From: Rhodanobacteraceae bacterium
GTDB lineage: Bacteria > Pseudomonadota > Gammaproteobacteria > Xanthomonadales > Rhodanobacteraceae
Direction of reading: 5' to 3'
Length of the DNA: 64,000 nucleotides
Assembly: GCA_051961995.1 (NCBI GenBank)
Contig: JBQCCR010000040.1
Coordinates: 14,850 to 78,849, forward strand
The notes under the pieces: model-generated
Database searches by the model: none
What the model saw: the letters and a program-made list of their open reading frames with translations, nothing else
Told to the model about the DNA's origin: nothing
Shown: in pieces, positions 53,468 to 62,394 of the stretch
Layout of the letters: the number at the start of each line of letters is the position of its first letter
Position numbering within the stretch: position 1 is the first letter of the stretch
Translations under genes and position numbers: made by a program

Positions 53468-54787
53468 TCACGGGGCTCCCGCGCGCGAATACACCCGCCC
53501 GTTCTTCACCACGAAATCTATGTGCGTGGTGTTGCGGATGTCGCGCGACGGATCGGCATCCAGCACCACCAGATCGGCAAGCTTGCCGGGCGTGATGGTG
53601 CCGCGCTGCGCGGATTGCCCGAGCGCCATCGCGCCGACTTGCGTGGCCGCCTCGATCGCCTGCACCGGCGTGAAGCCGCAGTGCTCGACCAGCAGTGCCA
53701 TCTCCTGATGCACCGTCGGCAGGGCATGCAAGTCCGGTCCGTTGTCGGTGAACGGCAGGCCGGCGTCATCGGTCCCGGCATCCACCAGCACACCGCGCCG
53801 GTGCGCGAGCTTCGTCACCGCATAGCTCCACGGCATGATGCCGGCACCCACGTCCTGCGGGTGACGTTCGGCTTCATCCTTGAACACCAGCAGCGTGGCG
53901 TCCAGCACCGTGCCATGCTTCTTCATGGCGTCGAACAGCTCGAGGATCTGTGGCGCATCCGGCTCGATGTGCCCGAAATCGCCGTGCGCGCGCATCCTGT
54001 AATCGTCCGGCACCTGCGGCGACGCTTCCCAGACCAGGTACGGGCTGTGCGAAATCGTATCCACGCCGGCCGACACGGCATCGCCCGGCCTGGCCGGAAA
54101 GATCGTCGCGTGCGTCCATACGCGCAAACCCTGCCGGTGCGCCTCGGCGGTGATCGCCGCGACCAGTGAAGCCGGCAGATTGGCGTACAACTTCAGCGCA
54201 GTCGCGCCGGTGCCTTTCGCTTCGGCCACCGCGAGCGGCAGATCCGTATCGGCGGTGATCGCCTGCATCCATGGCGCGAAGCCGAGCGGTTCGCCTTTGG
54301 ACGCATCCTGTGCGCGAGAGTCCTCGGCGAAGAAACTCGGCCCGGCCATCAGCGCGACATAAAAAATGTCGGGCGACTCGAATTCGTCGGAATTGGCCTG
54401 CTCGGCAAGGTATTGCAGAAGGCGATCGTCGCCGGCCATGTCGCGCAGCCCGGTGACACCACCCAGCAACAGCGCGCGGAGATGCTCGCGGTAATGCGTG
54501 ATGTCCGGCGCCGCCCCGGTCAGGTGCACGTGCGCGTCGATCAAGCCGGGAATCACGGTGCGGCCGGCGAGGTCGCGCACCTGCGCATCCTTCGGATCGG
54601 GCTTGCTGCCGGCCGGATAAACATCGGTGATGCGATCGCCGGAGATCGCGATCGTCATGTCCTTCTGCAGCAGGGAACCGGTGCCGTCGATCAGACCGAC
54701 GTGGGTCAGCAGCAGCGGCTTCGGCGCAGCGGCGAACGCCGGCAGCGCCAGCAGGCACGACCACAACAGCAAGGCGAGACGTTTCAT
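53468..54787 (-). CDS. Exported amidohydrolase-family metallohydrolase
   Basis: 439 aa with a signal peptide. GLIDAHVHL metal-binding start and a C-terminal GKLADLVVLD motif. Confidence 0.85.
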   Translation of the reverse strand: MKRLALLLWSCLLALPAFAAAPKPLLLTHVGLIDGTGSLLQKDMTIAISGDRITDVYPAGSKPDPKDAQVRDLAGRTVIPGLIDAHVHLTGAAPDITHYREHLRALLLGGVTGLRDMAGDDRLLQYLAEQANSDEFESPDIFYVALMAGPSFFAEDSRAQDASKGEPLGFAPWMQAITADTDLPLAVAEAKGTGATALKLYANLPASLVAAITAEAHRQGLRVWTHATIFPARPGDAVSAGVDTISHSPYLVWEASPQVPDDYRMRAHGDFGHIEPDAPQILELFDAMKKHGTVLDATLLVFKDEAERHPQDVGAGIMPWSYAVTKLAHRRGVLVDAGTDDAGLPFTDNGPDLHALPTVHQEMALLVEHCGFTPVQAIEAATQVGAMALGQSAQRGTITPGKLADLVVLDADPSRDIRNTTHIDFVVKNGRVYSRAGAP

Positions 54788-54860
54788 CGAAGCCTTTCCC
54801 CGAAAGACCCGTCAAGCATAGAAGAAATACCGTCAGCCCCGGATGGCACGGAAGTCATGC

Positions 54861-54922
54861 GCAACCATGCGGTTGCATTTCAATCCCGGCCCGGCTAATC
54901 TGCAACCAGTCAGTTGCATTTC
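54861..54922. promoter_or_regulatory. Two copies of the inverted repeat (T)GCAAC(C)-N4/6-GTTGCATTTC, candidate ArsR-type operators
   Basis: GCAACCATGCGGTTGCATTTC (54861-54881) and TGCAACCAGTCAGTTGCATTTC (54901-54922) lie just upstream of the SRPBCC-ArsR operon (ATG 54944). Confidence 0.45.
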
Positions 54923-54943
54923 TGCGCGACGTGAGGAGAGCAC

Positions 54944-55444
54944 ATGGCCGGCAGCACCGATCGGATCGAAAAGCAGGTTCACCTCAGGGTGCCCCGCGAG
55001 CGCGTGTGGCAGGCGCTGAGCGACTCCAGCCGCTTCGGCACCTGGTTCGGCGTGGATTTCGACGGCCCATTTGTCGAAGGTGAAAAGCTCACCGGCAGGA
55101 TCGCGCCGACCAAAGTGGACCCGGAAATCGCCGCGATGCAGAAACCCCACGAAGGCACACCGTTCGAATGGCGGATCGAGAAGATCGAACCGATGCGGCG
55201 CATCGCCTTCCGCTGGCATCCGTTCGGCATCGACAAGAGCATGGATTATTCCAGCGAGCCGATGACGCTGATCGTGTTCGAACTGCACGACGCGCCCGGC
55301 GGCATCCTGCTGACCGTCACCGAGTCCGGCTTCGACCGCCTCCCGCCGGAACGCCGCACCAAGGCCTTCGCTGCCAACGAAGGCGGCTGGACACACCAGA
55401 TGAAGCTGATCGAGAAATATCTCGCCTCGCCCGACTACATCTGA
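54944..55444 (+). CDS. SRPBCC (AHSA1/Aha1-like) domain protein
   Basis: 166 aa. RIEKQVHLRVPRERVWQALSD and FRWHP blocks. Classic pairing with a downstream ArsR regulator. Confidence 0.8.
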   Translation: MAGSTDRIEKQVHLRVPRERVWQALSDSSRFGTWFGVDFDGPFVEGEKLTGRIAPTKVDPEIAAMQKPHEGTPFEWRIEKIEPMRRIAFRWHPFGIDKSMDYSSEPMTLIVFELHDAPGGILLTVTESGFDRLPPERRTKAFAANEGGWTHQMKLIEKYLASPDYI

Positions 55445-55457
55445 GCCGTTCGCGACA

Positions 55458-55826
55458 ATGTCCCCCGCCCGCAACAAGACCGGTGAACGGAACAAGCCAA
55501 AACTGCGAATGACGTTGCGCAGGGTTTCTCCGGTGTTCGCCGCGCTCGGCGATGAAACGCGGCTGCGCATCATCGCCGCGCTCTGCGCAGGCGGCGCGCT
55601 CTCCATCGCGCAGCTGACCGCCGGGACCGCAATCACCCGTCAGGCCGTGACCAAGCATCTGCACGTACTGGCGCAAGCCGGTTTGGTGCGCGACATCCGA
55701 CAGGGCCGCGAACGGCGCTGGGAATTCGAACCATCGAAAGTCGAGGAAGCGCGCCAGTCACTGGAGGCAATCTCTCGCCAACGGGATCAGAGACTGGCGC
55801 GATTGAAAGCGTACGTGGAAAGCTGA
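55458..55826 (+). CDS. ArsR/SmtB family transcriptional regulator
   Basis: VFAALGDETRLRIIAALCAGGALSIAQLTAGTAITRQAVTKHLHVLAQAGLV is the ArsR winged-HTH core. Confidence 0.85.
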   Translation: MSPARNKTGERNKPKLRMTLRRVSPVFAALGDETRLRIIAALCAGGALSIAQLTAGTAITRQAVTKHLHVLAQAGLVRDIRQGRERRWEFEPSKVEEARQSLEAISRQRDQRLARLKAYVES

Positions 55827-55864
55827 TTCGCAACCCGCAAGGTGGTCATTCGAACGCCAGGCAA

Positions 55865-55892
55865 CCGCTGCGGCACCTTGGTCCCGCAGCGG
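55865..55892. terminator. Hairpin between convergent genes (possible bidirectional terminator)
   Basis: CCGCTGCGG-N10-CCGCAGCGG, followed by CATGTTTT. Weak U-tract. Confidence 0.4.
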
Positions 55893-55898
55893 CATGTT

Positions 55899-56546
55899 TT
55901 ACATTTTCAAGGTTTGCTCGTACTGGGCGACACAGCGCTCCGCAGCCTTCTGCAGAAGTTCCTTCAGTACCTTCCCGTGTTCCGCCAGGAGCTCACTTCC
56001 AGAGGGTCCCGTGCTTGGATCTCCCTTTTCCGGTTTGCAAAGCGCCTGAGCAATCAAAGTTCCACTCTTGCCGTCCAGAACACGGAGGCGCGCTGTATAC
56101 AGAACATGGTAAGTATTCCAGTGCGTTGGATAGTAAATATACGACCAGCCAATCGTTTTCACGTCAATGATCAGATCCGCACCAGGATAGGTTTCTGTCA
56201 ATGTCGTGACATTGTCATTTGCGGCGATGGACCGCTTGTTTGGCAGCAGGATTGACCCGTCACGGGTTACCAAATCCTGTGCGATTTTCTCGCCGACAAC
56301 GATCGAAGGATCAGCAATATTGTCGGATTTCACCAGTTCGTTTCCGGCATGGATCATTGCCGCGACGCCGAACAAGCCAAATTCCGCCTTTGCGGCGGTC
56401 TGAGCGACAAAGTCCGGTTTGTCGTACTCCGAAAGGACAATAGTCTTGCCCTTGAGCATATCCGTGGAATCAACGGTCTTGGTGGGTGCAGACACGCAAC
56501 CAGCCAGGGTGGTGGCGACGGCCACCACGCAAACCAACCTCTTCAT
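55899..56546 (-). CDS. Hypothetical lipoprotein encoded in a low-GC islet
   Basis: Lipobox TLAGC. 215 aa. No family recognised. Local G+C is clearly below that of the flanks. Confidence 0.6.
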   Translation of the reverse strand: MKRLVCVVAVATTLAGCVSAPTKTVDSTDMLKGKTIVLSEYDKPDFVAQTAAKAEFGLFGVAAMIHAGNELVKSDNIADPSIVVGEKIAQDLVTRDGSILLPNKRSIAANDNVTTLTETYPGADLIIDVKTIGWSYIYYPTHWNTYHVLYTARLRVLDGKSGTLIAQALCKPEKGDPSTGPSGSELLAEHGKVLKELLQKAAERCVAQYEQTLKM

Positions 56547-56646
56547 GCTCTCCCCCTATGAGAATTGCCCGCTTCGGGCGCGCGCAGCGTATTCCAACGA
56601 GCTGACCCGAACAAGCGGATGGTCCAGGAGTTCACGGCCCGATTCT

Positions 56647-56934
56647 TCAGCGCAGCTGCGAATCCTTGCTACCCCGCCGGTTGTAGCCGCTGAAGGTTTG
56701 TTCCTCCGCATCGCGCGCGCTCTGGCAGGTCACGCACAGACGTACGCCGGGCACGGCCTTCCGCCGCGCCTCCGGAATCGGCGCGTCGCATTCCCCACAA
56801 CGTTTCAGGCTCGGCCCCGCACCGCGTTTGCTGCGCGCACGCGCCACCGCGTCAGCGATGGTCGCATCAATCTGTTCCTGCACGGCGCCTTCTTTTGCCC
56901 AGCCGGTTGCCACATCGAGTCCTCTTGATTGCAT
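56647..56934 (-). CDS. ybiI: DksA/TraR C4 zinc-finger protein, YbiI-like
   Basis: TGWAKEGAVQEQIDATIADAVARAR...CGECDAPIPEARRKAVPGVRLCVTCQ...SGYNRRGSKDSQLR is nearly collinear with E. coli YbiI. Confidence 0.8.
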   Translation of the reverse strand: MQSRGLDVATGWAKEGAVQEQIDATIADAVARARSKRGAGPSLKRCGECDAPIPEARRKAVPGVRLCVTCQSARDAEEQTFSGYNRRGSKDSQLR

Positions 56935-57064
56935 CCCGGCAAGCCCAGGAAGGGATAGCCGTTCATTCAATGTGAGGGTGCCCGGCAAGCGTTGCAACCA
57001 TGCCTGTCCATTTCGCCCGGCCCCGTTCGTCGTCGGTTAGAGTCCGCCAAAACGGAAATCCGCC

Positions 57065-57721
57065 ATGCAGCTATTCGGCCATCCCTTCTCGTCCTACACC
57101 CAGAAAGCACTGACGGCACTGTACGAAAACCATACGCCGTTCGAATTCATGATGCTCTCGCCGGAGCACCCGGACATCTATGCCGATTTCGCGCAGCGCT
57201 GGCCGATCCGGCGCTTCCCGCTGCTGGTGGAGGGCGGGCGGCAGGTGATGGAGGCGACCTGCGTGATCGAATACCTCGATGCGCACCATCCGGGCGCGAC
57301 ACGCTTCATTCCGCTGGATGCAGATGCCGCGATCGAGGTGCGCATGCTGGATCGCTTCTTCGACAACTACATCCACGCGCAGCTGCAGAGAATCGTGGAC
57401 GACGCGCTGCGCAGGAACGAGGCAGATCGCGACCCGTACGGCGTCAATGAGGCACGCGCGCGGCTGGACACCGCCTACGCCTGGCTGGACCAGCGCATGG
57501 CGAATCGCGAATGGGCCGCGATGGATGCATTCTCGCTGGCCGACTGTGCTGCGGCGCCGGCGCTGTTCTATGCGGATTGGGCACACCGGATCGGCGACCG
57601 GTTCGTCAATGTGCACGCGTACCGTCAACGCCTGCTGGCGCGGCCATCGTTCGCCCGTTGCGTGGAAGGCGGCCGGCCGTATCGCCCCTTGTTCCCGCTT
57701 GGCGCACCGGATCGGGATTGA
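57065..57721 (+). CDS. Glutathione S-transferase
   Basis: 218 aa. N-terminal thioredoxin-like GST fold (MQLFGHPFSSYTQKAL...) and a helical C-domain. Confidence 0.8.
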   Translation: MQLFGHPFSSYTQKALTALYENHTPFEFMMLSPEHPDIYADFAQRWPIRRFPLLVEGGRQVMEATCVIEYLDAHHPGATRFIPLDADAAIEVRMLDRFFDNYIHAQLQRIVDDALRRNEADRDPYGVNEARARLDTAYAWLDQRMANREWAAMDAFSLADCAAAPALFYADWAHRIGDRFVNVHAYRQRLLARPSFARCVEGGRPYRPLFPLGAPDRD

Positions 57722-57785
57722 TGCCCGCAGCGCGGATGCTGCGCAGGCGCTACTCGCCGCTTCGCGGCCGGTCCCGCCTGGCTGG

Positions 57786-58391
57786 CTACTCCGGCCATGG
57801 CTCCTTCCACGCCGGAATGCGCATCAAACCATCCAGCCAGCGCACGATGTTCGGGAATGCCTCCAGCGGCATCTCCGCCTCGTGCCAATACGCCGCCATT
57901 GCGGCGGCGCGGAAGTCGGCAATCGTGAGCCGGCCGCATGCGAGGTAATCGCGATCGCGCAGATGGTTGTCCAGCACGCGCGCGTACTTCAGCAGGTCAT
58001 CCACCCTCGGCTTCAATGCGTCGCGATCCGGCGGACCGAGATTGAAAGTCTTCTTGACGATGTGCTGGAAATAAAATTCACCGACCGCCGGGGCCCAGTG
58101 GCAATCGTTCCAGCCGAGCCAGCGCAGCACCTCCACCTGTTCGGCCGGATCGTGCGCCGGCCACATGTCGGAACCGGTCTTGATGCACAGGTACGCCATG
58201 ATCGCGCCGGCTTCCCACAGGACGGTGCCGCCGTCCACCAGCACCGGCGCCTTCATGTTCGGATTGAGCGCCGTGTACTCCGGCGTCTTCAGTTGCTTGA
58301 CCGCCTGCACGTACTCCGTATCGATGCCGAGATGCTTCGCGAGCGCCAGCACCTGCCGCGGCGCCTGTGCCTTGATCCAGTAGATCTTCAT
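57786..58391 (-). CDS. Glutathione S-transferase
   Basis: ATG 58391 (MKIYWIKAQAPRQVLALAKHLGI...NPNMKAPVLVDGGTVLWEAGAIMAYL). Confidence 0.8.
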   Translation of the reverse strand: MKIYWIKAQAPRQVLALAKHLGIDTEYVQAVKQLKTPEYTALNPNMKAPVLVDGGTVLWEAGAIMAYLCIKTGSDMWPAHDPAEQVEVLRWLGWNDCHWAPAVGEFYFQHIVKKTFNLGPPDRDALKPRVDDLLKYARVLDNHLRDRDYLACGRLTIADFRAAAMAAYWHEAEMPLEAFPNIVRWLDGLMRIPAWKEPWPE

Positions 58392-58739
58392 GCCGCAACC
58401 TGCGGCGCGCACTTTTCATGGAATCGCATCGTGGTTCTCCTTCGGGTTTGCGGGCGCGCGGGCGGGCGGGCGAAAGACTCCGGCACGCCGGCGCTCCTGT
58501 CATGGCGACGAACGGAGGATGGCAGGTTCGACAGCGGCCCGGAGGCGGGTCAAGCAACGGTCAGCCGGGCAATGGCGGCGAACCGCGTCCGCGCCTCCCG
58601 AAGTTGTCTTGCCCGACGACGCCGCACCCAGCTGCGCACCCTGCCCGCCCGTTCAGGCTGATTCTGCAGGCCAGTTCCATTTCCTTCACGCGGATTTCGG
58701 CGTAGCCTCACCTTCCCTGCACAAAACGGGAGCGCCCCC

Positions 58740-59240
58740 ATGGCCCTCTGGAAAGAACAGATGAAGTCCAATTCCACTGCCACCGCCGAGGCGCTGGACC
58801 TGTCTCGCTTCGAAGCGCCGCCCGCGGCCCAACCGGAAGTGGACGTGCCGGTGCAGCCGGCTTTCCGTCCCGCGCCGGCCAAGGCACTGGGTGAATCGCT
58901 GATCGCGCCGGACCTCGCCATCGAGGGCAAGATCGAAGGCGCGGGCCACGTGCGCATCGCCGGCAGCTTCAAGGGCGACATCAACGTGCGCGGCGACCTC
59001 ACCATCGAGGCCGGCGCCAAGGTCACCGGCAGCGTGCGCGCCGAGAAGGTCACCATCGCCGGCGAACTGACCGGCAATATCGAATCCGCTTCCCACGTCG
59101 AACTGCAGCAGAGCGGCGCACTGACCGGCGACGTCAAGGCCACCACGCTCACGGTCGCGGCCGGCTCGCGCATGCGCGGTCAGGCCGATTTCGGTTGGGA
59201 AGACTCCGGCCGCAAGAACGGTAACGGCAAGCTGTCTTGA
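58740..59240 (+). CDS. Bactofilin (polymer-forming cytoskeletal protein)
   Basis: The beta-helical repeat core IEGKIEGAGHVRIAGSFKGDINVRGDLTIEAGAKVTGSVRAEKVTIAGELTGNIESASHVELQQSGALTGDVKATTLTVAAGSRMRG is the DUF583 signature. GGGAG RBS. Confidence 0.85.
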   Translation: MALWKEQMKSNSTATAEALDLSRFEAPPAAQPEVDVPVQPAFRPAPAKALGESLIAPDLAIEGKIEGAGHVRIAGSFKGDINVRGDLTIEAGAKVTGSVRAEKVTIAGELTGNIESASHVELQQSGALTGDVKATTLTVAAGSRMRGQADFGWEDSGRKNGNGKLS

Positions 59241-59608
59241 ACGCACCGCGTCAAGGTACGGCCGGTGCAACGCGCAACTGCCCGCACTGCCGGGAGACGA
59301 TCCTGGCCAGTGCGGACCGTTGCCCGGCCTGCAATCACCACGTGCGCTTCGGCGGCTCCGCTGCAACGGCGGCAGCAACTGCAGCGGCCACGATCACGCA
59401 GTTGAAGGTGGAAGGCGCCGTGCGCAACCCGAGCGAAGGCGCCTGGGAATATTCGATGGTGCTGACCATCCGCAACGAACGCGGCGAGGAAATCGCGCGC
59501 AAGCTGATCGGCGTCGGCGCCATGCAGCCGGACGAACAGCGCACCTTCACGCTGAGCGTGGAGATGACGCCCGGCAATCCGGCGACCAAACGAACCACCC
59601 GGCATTGA
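59237..59608 (+). CDS. Hypothetical zinc-ribbon protein coupled to the bactofilin gene
   Basis: TTG 59237 overlaps the bactofilin TGA (cTTGA). CPHC-N11-CPAC ribbon, Ala/Thr linker, then a ~70-aa beta-rich domain. GC-rich third codon positions support coding. Confidence 0.55.
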   Translation: MNAPRQGTAGATRNCPHCRETILASADRCPACNHHVRFGGSAATAAATAAATITQLKVEGAVRNPSEGAWEYSMVLTIRNERGEEIARKLIGVGAMQPDEQRTFTLSVEMTPGNPATKRTTRH

Positions 59609-59908
59609 TTCACCGCCGCCGGCGCAGGATTCACCACGCGCGTACCGGCTCCCGGGCGGATTCGCGTTGATGTGCCCCACCTGATCTTTTCGCGACTGTT
59701 GCCGGCGTATTGCTGACGCCGCCGGCTGGCGCTGCGCCTGCAAAGTCCGCCGCACGGGCCGTCGTCGGCTGATACGCTAAGGTGCAACCATCCTTGAGGC
59801 ACTTGCGCAGGCTCCGATCTTGCTTGGTACCCTTCTGGATCGAAATGATGGATCGCGGCATGGGGGCGCGGCAGTCGCTGCGACGCACGCGATCAGACCG
59901 GAACCTGC

Positions 59909-61126
59909 GTGACCACTGAAATCGAGGAAACCCGCATCGCCGCTGCCGATCTTCGGGTCGGCATGTTCGTTTGCAGACTGGACCGGCCCTGGGAGGGCAC
60001 GCCCTTTCCGCTGCAGGGCGTCGAGCTGCGTACACAGGCCGACGTGCGCGCGCTGCGAGAGTTGTGCGAATACGTCTACATAGATCGCCATCGCGAGCTG
60101 GTGGATCACTCACGCCTGCTGAAGAGCGCCGAGCGCCGTTCGGAGCAACGGTTCGTCCGCGCGATCCGTTATCAGGACAAGGTCAGCGTCGAGGAAGAGC
60201 TGCCGAGCGCGCAACAGGCGCTGGGCACCGCCACCGAAATGGTGGACCGCATCTACGCGGACGTCGCCAGCGGCCGCGAGCTGTCCGTCGAACACGTCGA
60301 AAGCGCGGTACGGCCGCTGGTGGCCAGCGTGTTGCGCAGCGCGGATGCGTTCCTGTATCTGGAGGGCCTGCGCAAGCACGACAGCTACACCTACAGCCAT
60401 GCGATCGGGTGCAGCGCGCTGGCCGCGGCGATGGGCCGGCACATGGGCCTGCACGAGGACACGGTGTTCAGCCTCGCCGCCGGCGGTTTGCTGATGGACA
60501 TCGGCAAGACGCGTATCCCGGAGGAATTGCTGCAGAGCCCGCGCCCTCTTTCGCCGGAGGAGCTCGGCGTGATGCGCAGCCACATCGGCCACGGCATCGC
60601 GATCCTGCAGGAATCCGGCATCAACGATCCCGACGTGAACGCCGTACTGCGCTCGCACCACGAACGTTTCGACGGCAGCGGTTATCCGGAGCGCCTGATC
60701 GGCGGCACCATCCCGATGCCGGCGCGCATGCTGGGCATCATTGACAGCTACGACGCGATGATCAGCGTGCGCCCGTACCGCGCCGCGATCTCCCGGCACC
60801 ACGCGTTGCAGCAGATCTATCGCGCGCGCAACACGCTGTTCCAGGCCGAACTGGTGGAACAATTCCAGGCGTGTCTCGGCGTGTACCCGACCGGATCGCT
60901 GGTGGAGCTCAACAGCGGCGAGATCGCGATGGTGATGATGCAGAACCGCGTGCGCAGGCTGCGCCCGCGCGTGCTGCTGATGACCACGCCGGACAAGCAG
61001 CCGCTTTCGGATTTCCAGCCCTTCGATCTGCTGAACCAGGCCAACGACCGCAATGCAATCGAGATCGTGCGCAGCGTGGCCGTGGACGAATACCCCATCA
61101 ACACCGCCGGGCTGCTGGCGACCTGA
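59909..61126 (+). CDS. HD-GYP c-di-GMP phosphodiesterase with DUF3391-like N-domain
   Basis: GTG 59909. LRVGMFVCRLDRPWEGTPFP (DUF3391-like). HD (YSHAIG...LLMDIGK) and HHERFDGSGYP. Confidence 0.85.
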   Translation: MTTEIEETRIAAADLRVGMFVCRLDRPWEGTPFPLQGVELRTQADVRALRELCEYVYIDRHRELVDHSRLLKSAERRSEQRFVRAIRYQDKVSVEEELPSAQQALGTATEMVDRIYADVASGRELSVEHVESAVRPLVASVLRSADAFLYLEGLRKHDSYTYSHAIGCSALAAAMGRHMGLHEDTVFSLAAGGLLMDIGKTRIPEELLQSPRPLSPEELGVMRSHIGHGIAILQESGINDPDVNAVLRSHHERFDGSGYPERLIGGTIPMPARMLGIIDSYDAMISVRPYRAAISRHHALQQIYRARNTLFQAELVEQFQACLGVYPTGSLVELNSGEIAMVMMQNRVRRLRPRVLLMTTPDKQPLSDFQPFDLLNQANDRNAIEIVRSVAVDEYPINTAGLLAT

Positions 61127-61139
61127 CTCCTGGTGAGCC

Positions 61140-62390
61140 ATGCTGAATCAGCGCGAGATCCTCGCCGCCATCGAACGCCGCATCGGCGCAGGCACGGGTT
61201 TTGCGGTGATGGCCGCGTGCGTGTGCGATCTGCGCGAGGTCGGCGTCCGCTACGGCAGCGCCCACGGCGAGGATGCCGAAGCCGGCGCAGAGCGCATGGT
61301 TCGGGAATCACTGCGCCCGCAGGACGAGGTATTCCGCGCCGGCGACGAATTGTTCGCGGTGATCCTGCCGGACCTGCCCGCGCGCAACCATGCGCTGCTC
61401 GCTACCACTCGGCTGTTCCAGGCCTTCGAACGGCCGCTCAATCCCGACGGCATTCCGTGGCAGGGCCGGTTGCGGATCGGCATGGCGTTCTTCCCGCAGG
61501 ACGGAACCGATGCCGACACGCTCTGGCGGCGCACGCAAATGGCGCTGCACCACGCCGCACGCAGCAGCGCGGCCAGCGCGTTCTTCAACGAGCAAGACAG
61601 CCGCGCCGACATTGACTACCGCGAGCTGCGCGAAGGCATTGAAGCCAACCACCTGCGCACGTTTTTCCAGCCGGTGTGGGAACTGGCGGGGCCGCGCGTC
61701 GTCGGCGTGGAATCGCTGGCGCGCTGGAACAGTCCGCGCCAGGGTGCGGTGTCGCCGGACCAGTTCGTCACCTTCGCCGAGCAGAGCGACCTGATCGTCG
61801 CCCTGACCCACTGGAGCATCAACGCCACGTTCCGTCACGCCGCTGCGCTGAATGGGCTGGGCCTGAGCGTCGCGATCAACCTGTCGGCGCGCGCGTTCGC
61901 GCACGGCGGAGTGCCCGAGCAACTGTTGGACGCGCTGAACATCTGGGGCGTGGCCCCGGGTGACGTGATCGCCGAATTCACCGAAACGGCGCTGGTGGAG
62001 AATCTCGACCTGACCGTGCACACGCTCAACAAGCTGCGCGATTTCGGCATGCGCGTGGCGATTGACGATTTCGGCACGGGCTACGCATCGCTCGCTTATC
62101 TCGGCCGTTTTCCGGCCACCGACCTCAAGATCGACAAGACCCTGATCCAGCCGATCGGTCGCGATGCGCGCTCGGCGCGGCTGGCGGAATCCATCATCGC
62201 GCTCGCGCACAGGCTGGACATGACCGTCACCGCGGAGGGCATCGAGAATGCCGAAACCCACCGCCTGCTCGCCGACATGGGTTGCGATCTCGGCCAGGGC
62301 TTCCATCTCGGTCTGCCGCAACCGGCAGCGGAATTCGCGCAGCAGTACCTGGCGGAAATGGTGGGGCAAACGCTCGCGCCATCCGAATGA
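61140..62390 (+). CDS. Degenerate GGDEF + EAL domain protein (c-di-GMP phosphodiesterase)
   Basis: The GGDEF site is degenerated to AGDEL. EAL-domain motifs FQPVWEL, VESLARW, DDFGTGYASL, KIDKTL, AEGIEN and QGFHL are present. Confidence 0.85.
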   Translation: MLNQREILAAIERRIGAGTGFAVMAACVCDLREVGVRYGSAHGEDAEAGAERMVRESLRPQDEVFRAGDELFAVILPDLPARNHALLATTRLFQAFERPLNPDGIPWQGRLRIGMAFFPQDGTDADTLWRRTQMALHHAARSSAASAFFNEQDSRADIDYRELREGIEANHLRTFFQPVWELAGPRVVGVESLARWNSPRQGAVSPDQFVTFAEQSDLIVALTHWSINATFRHAAALNGLGLSVAINLSARAFAHGGVPEQLLDALNIWGVAPGDVIAEFTETALVENLDLTVHTLNKLRDFGMRVAIDDFGTGYASLAYLGRFPATDLKIDKTLIQPIGRDARSARLAESIIALAHRLDMTVTAEGIENAETHRLLADMGCDLGQGFHLGLPQPAAEFAQQYLAEMVGQTLAPSE

Positions 62391-62394
62391 CCGC

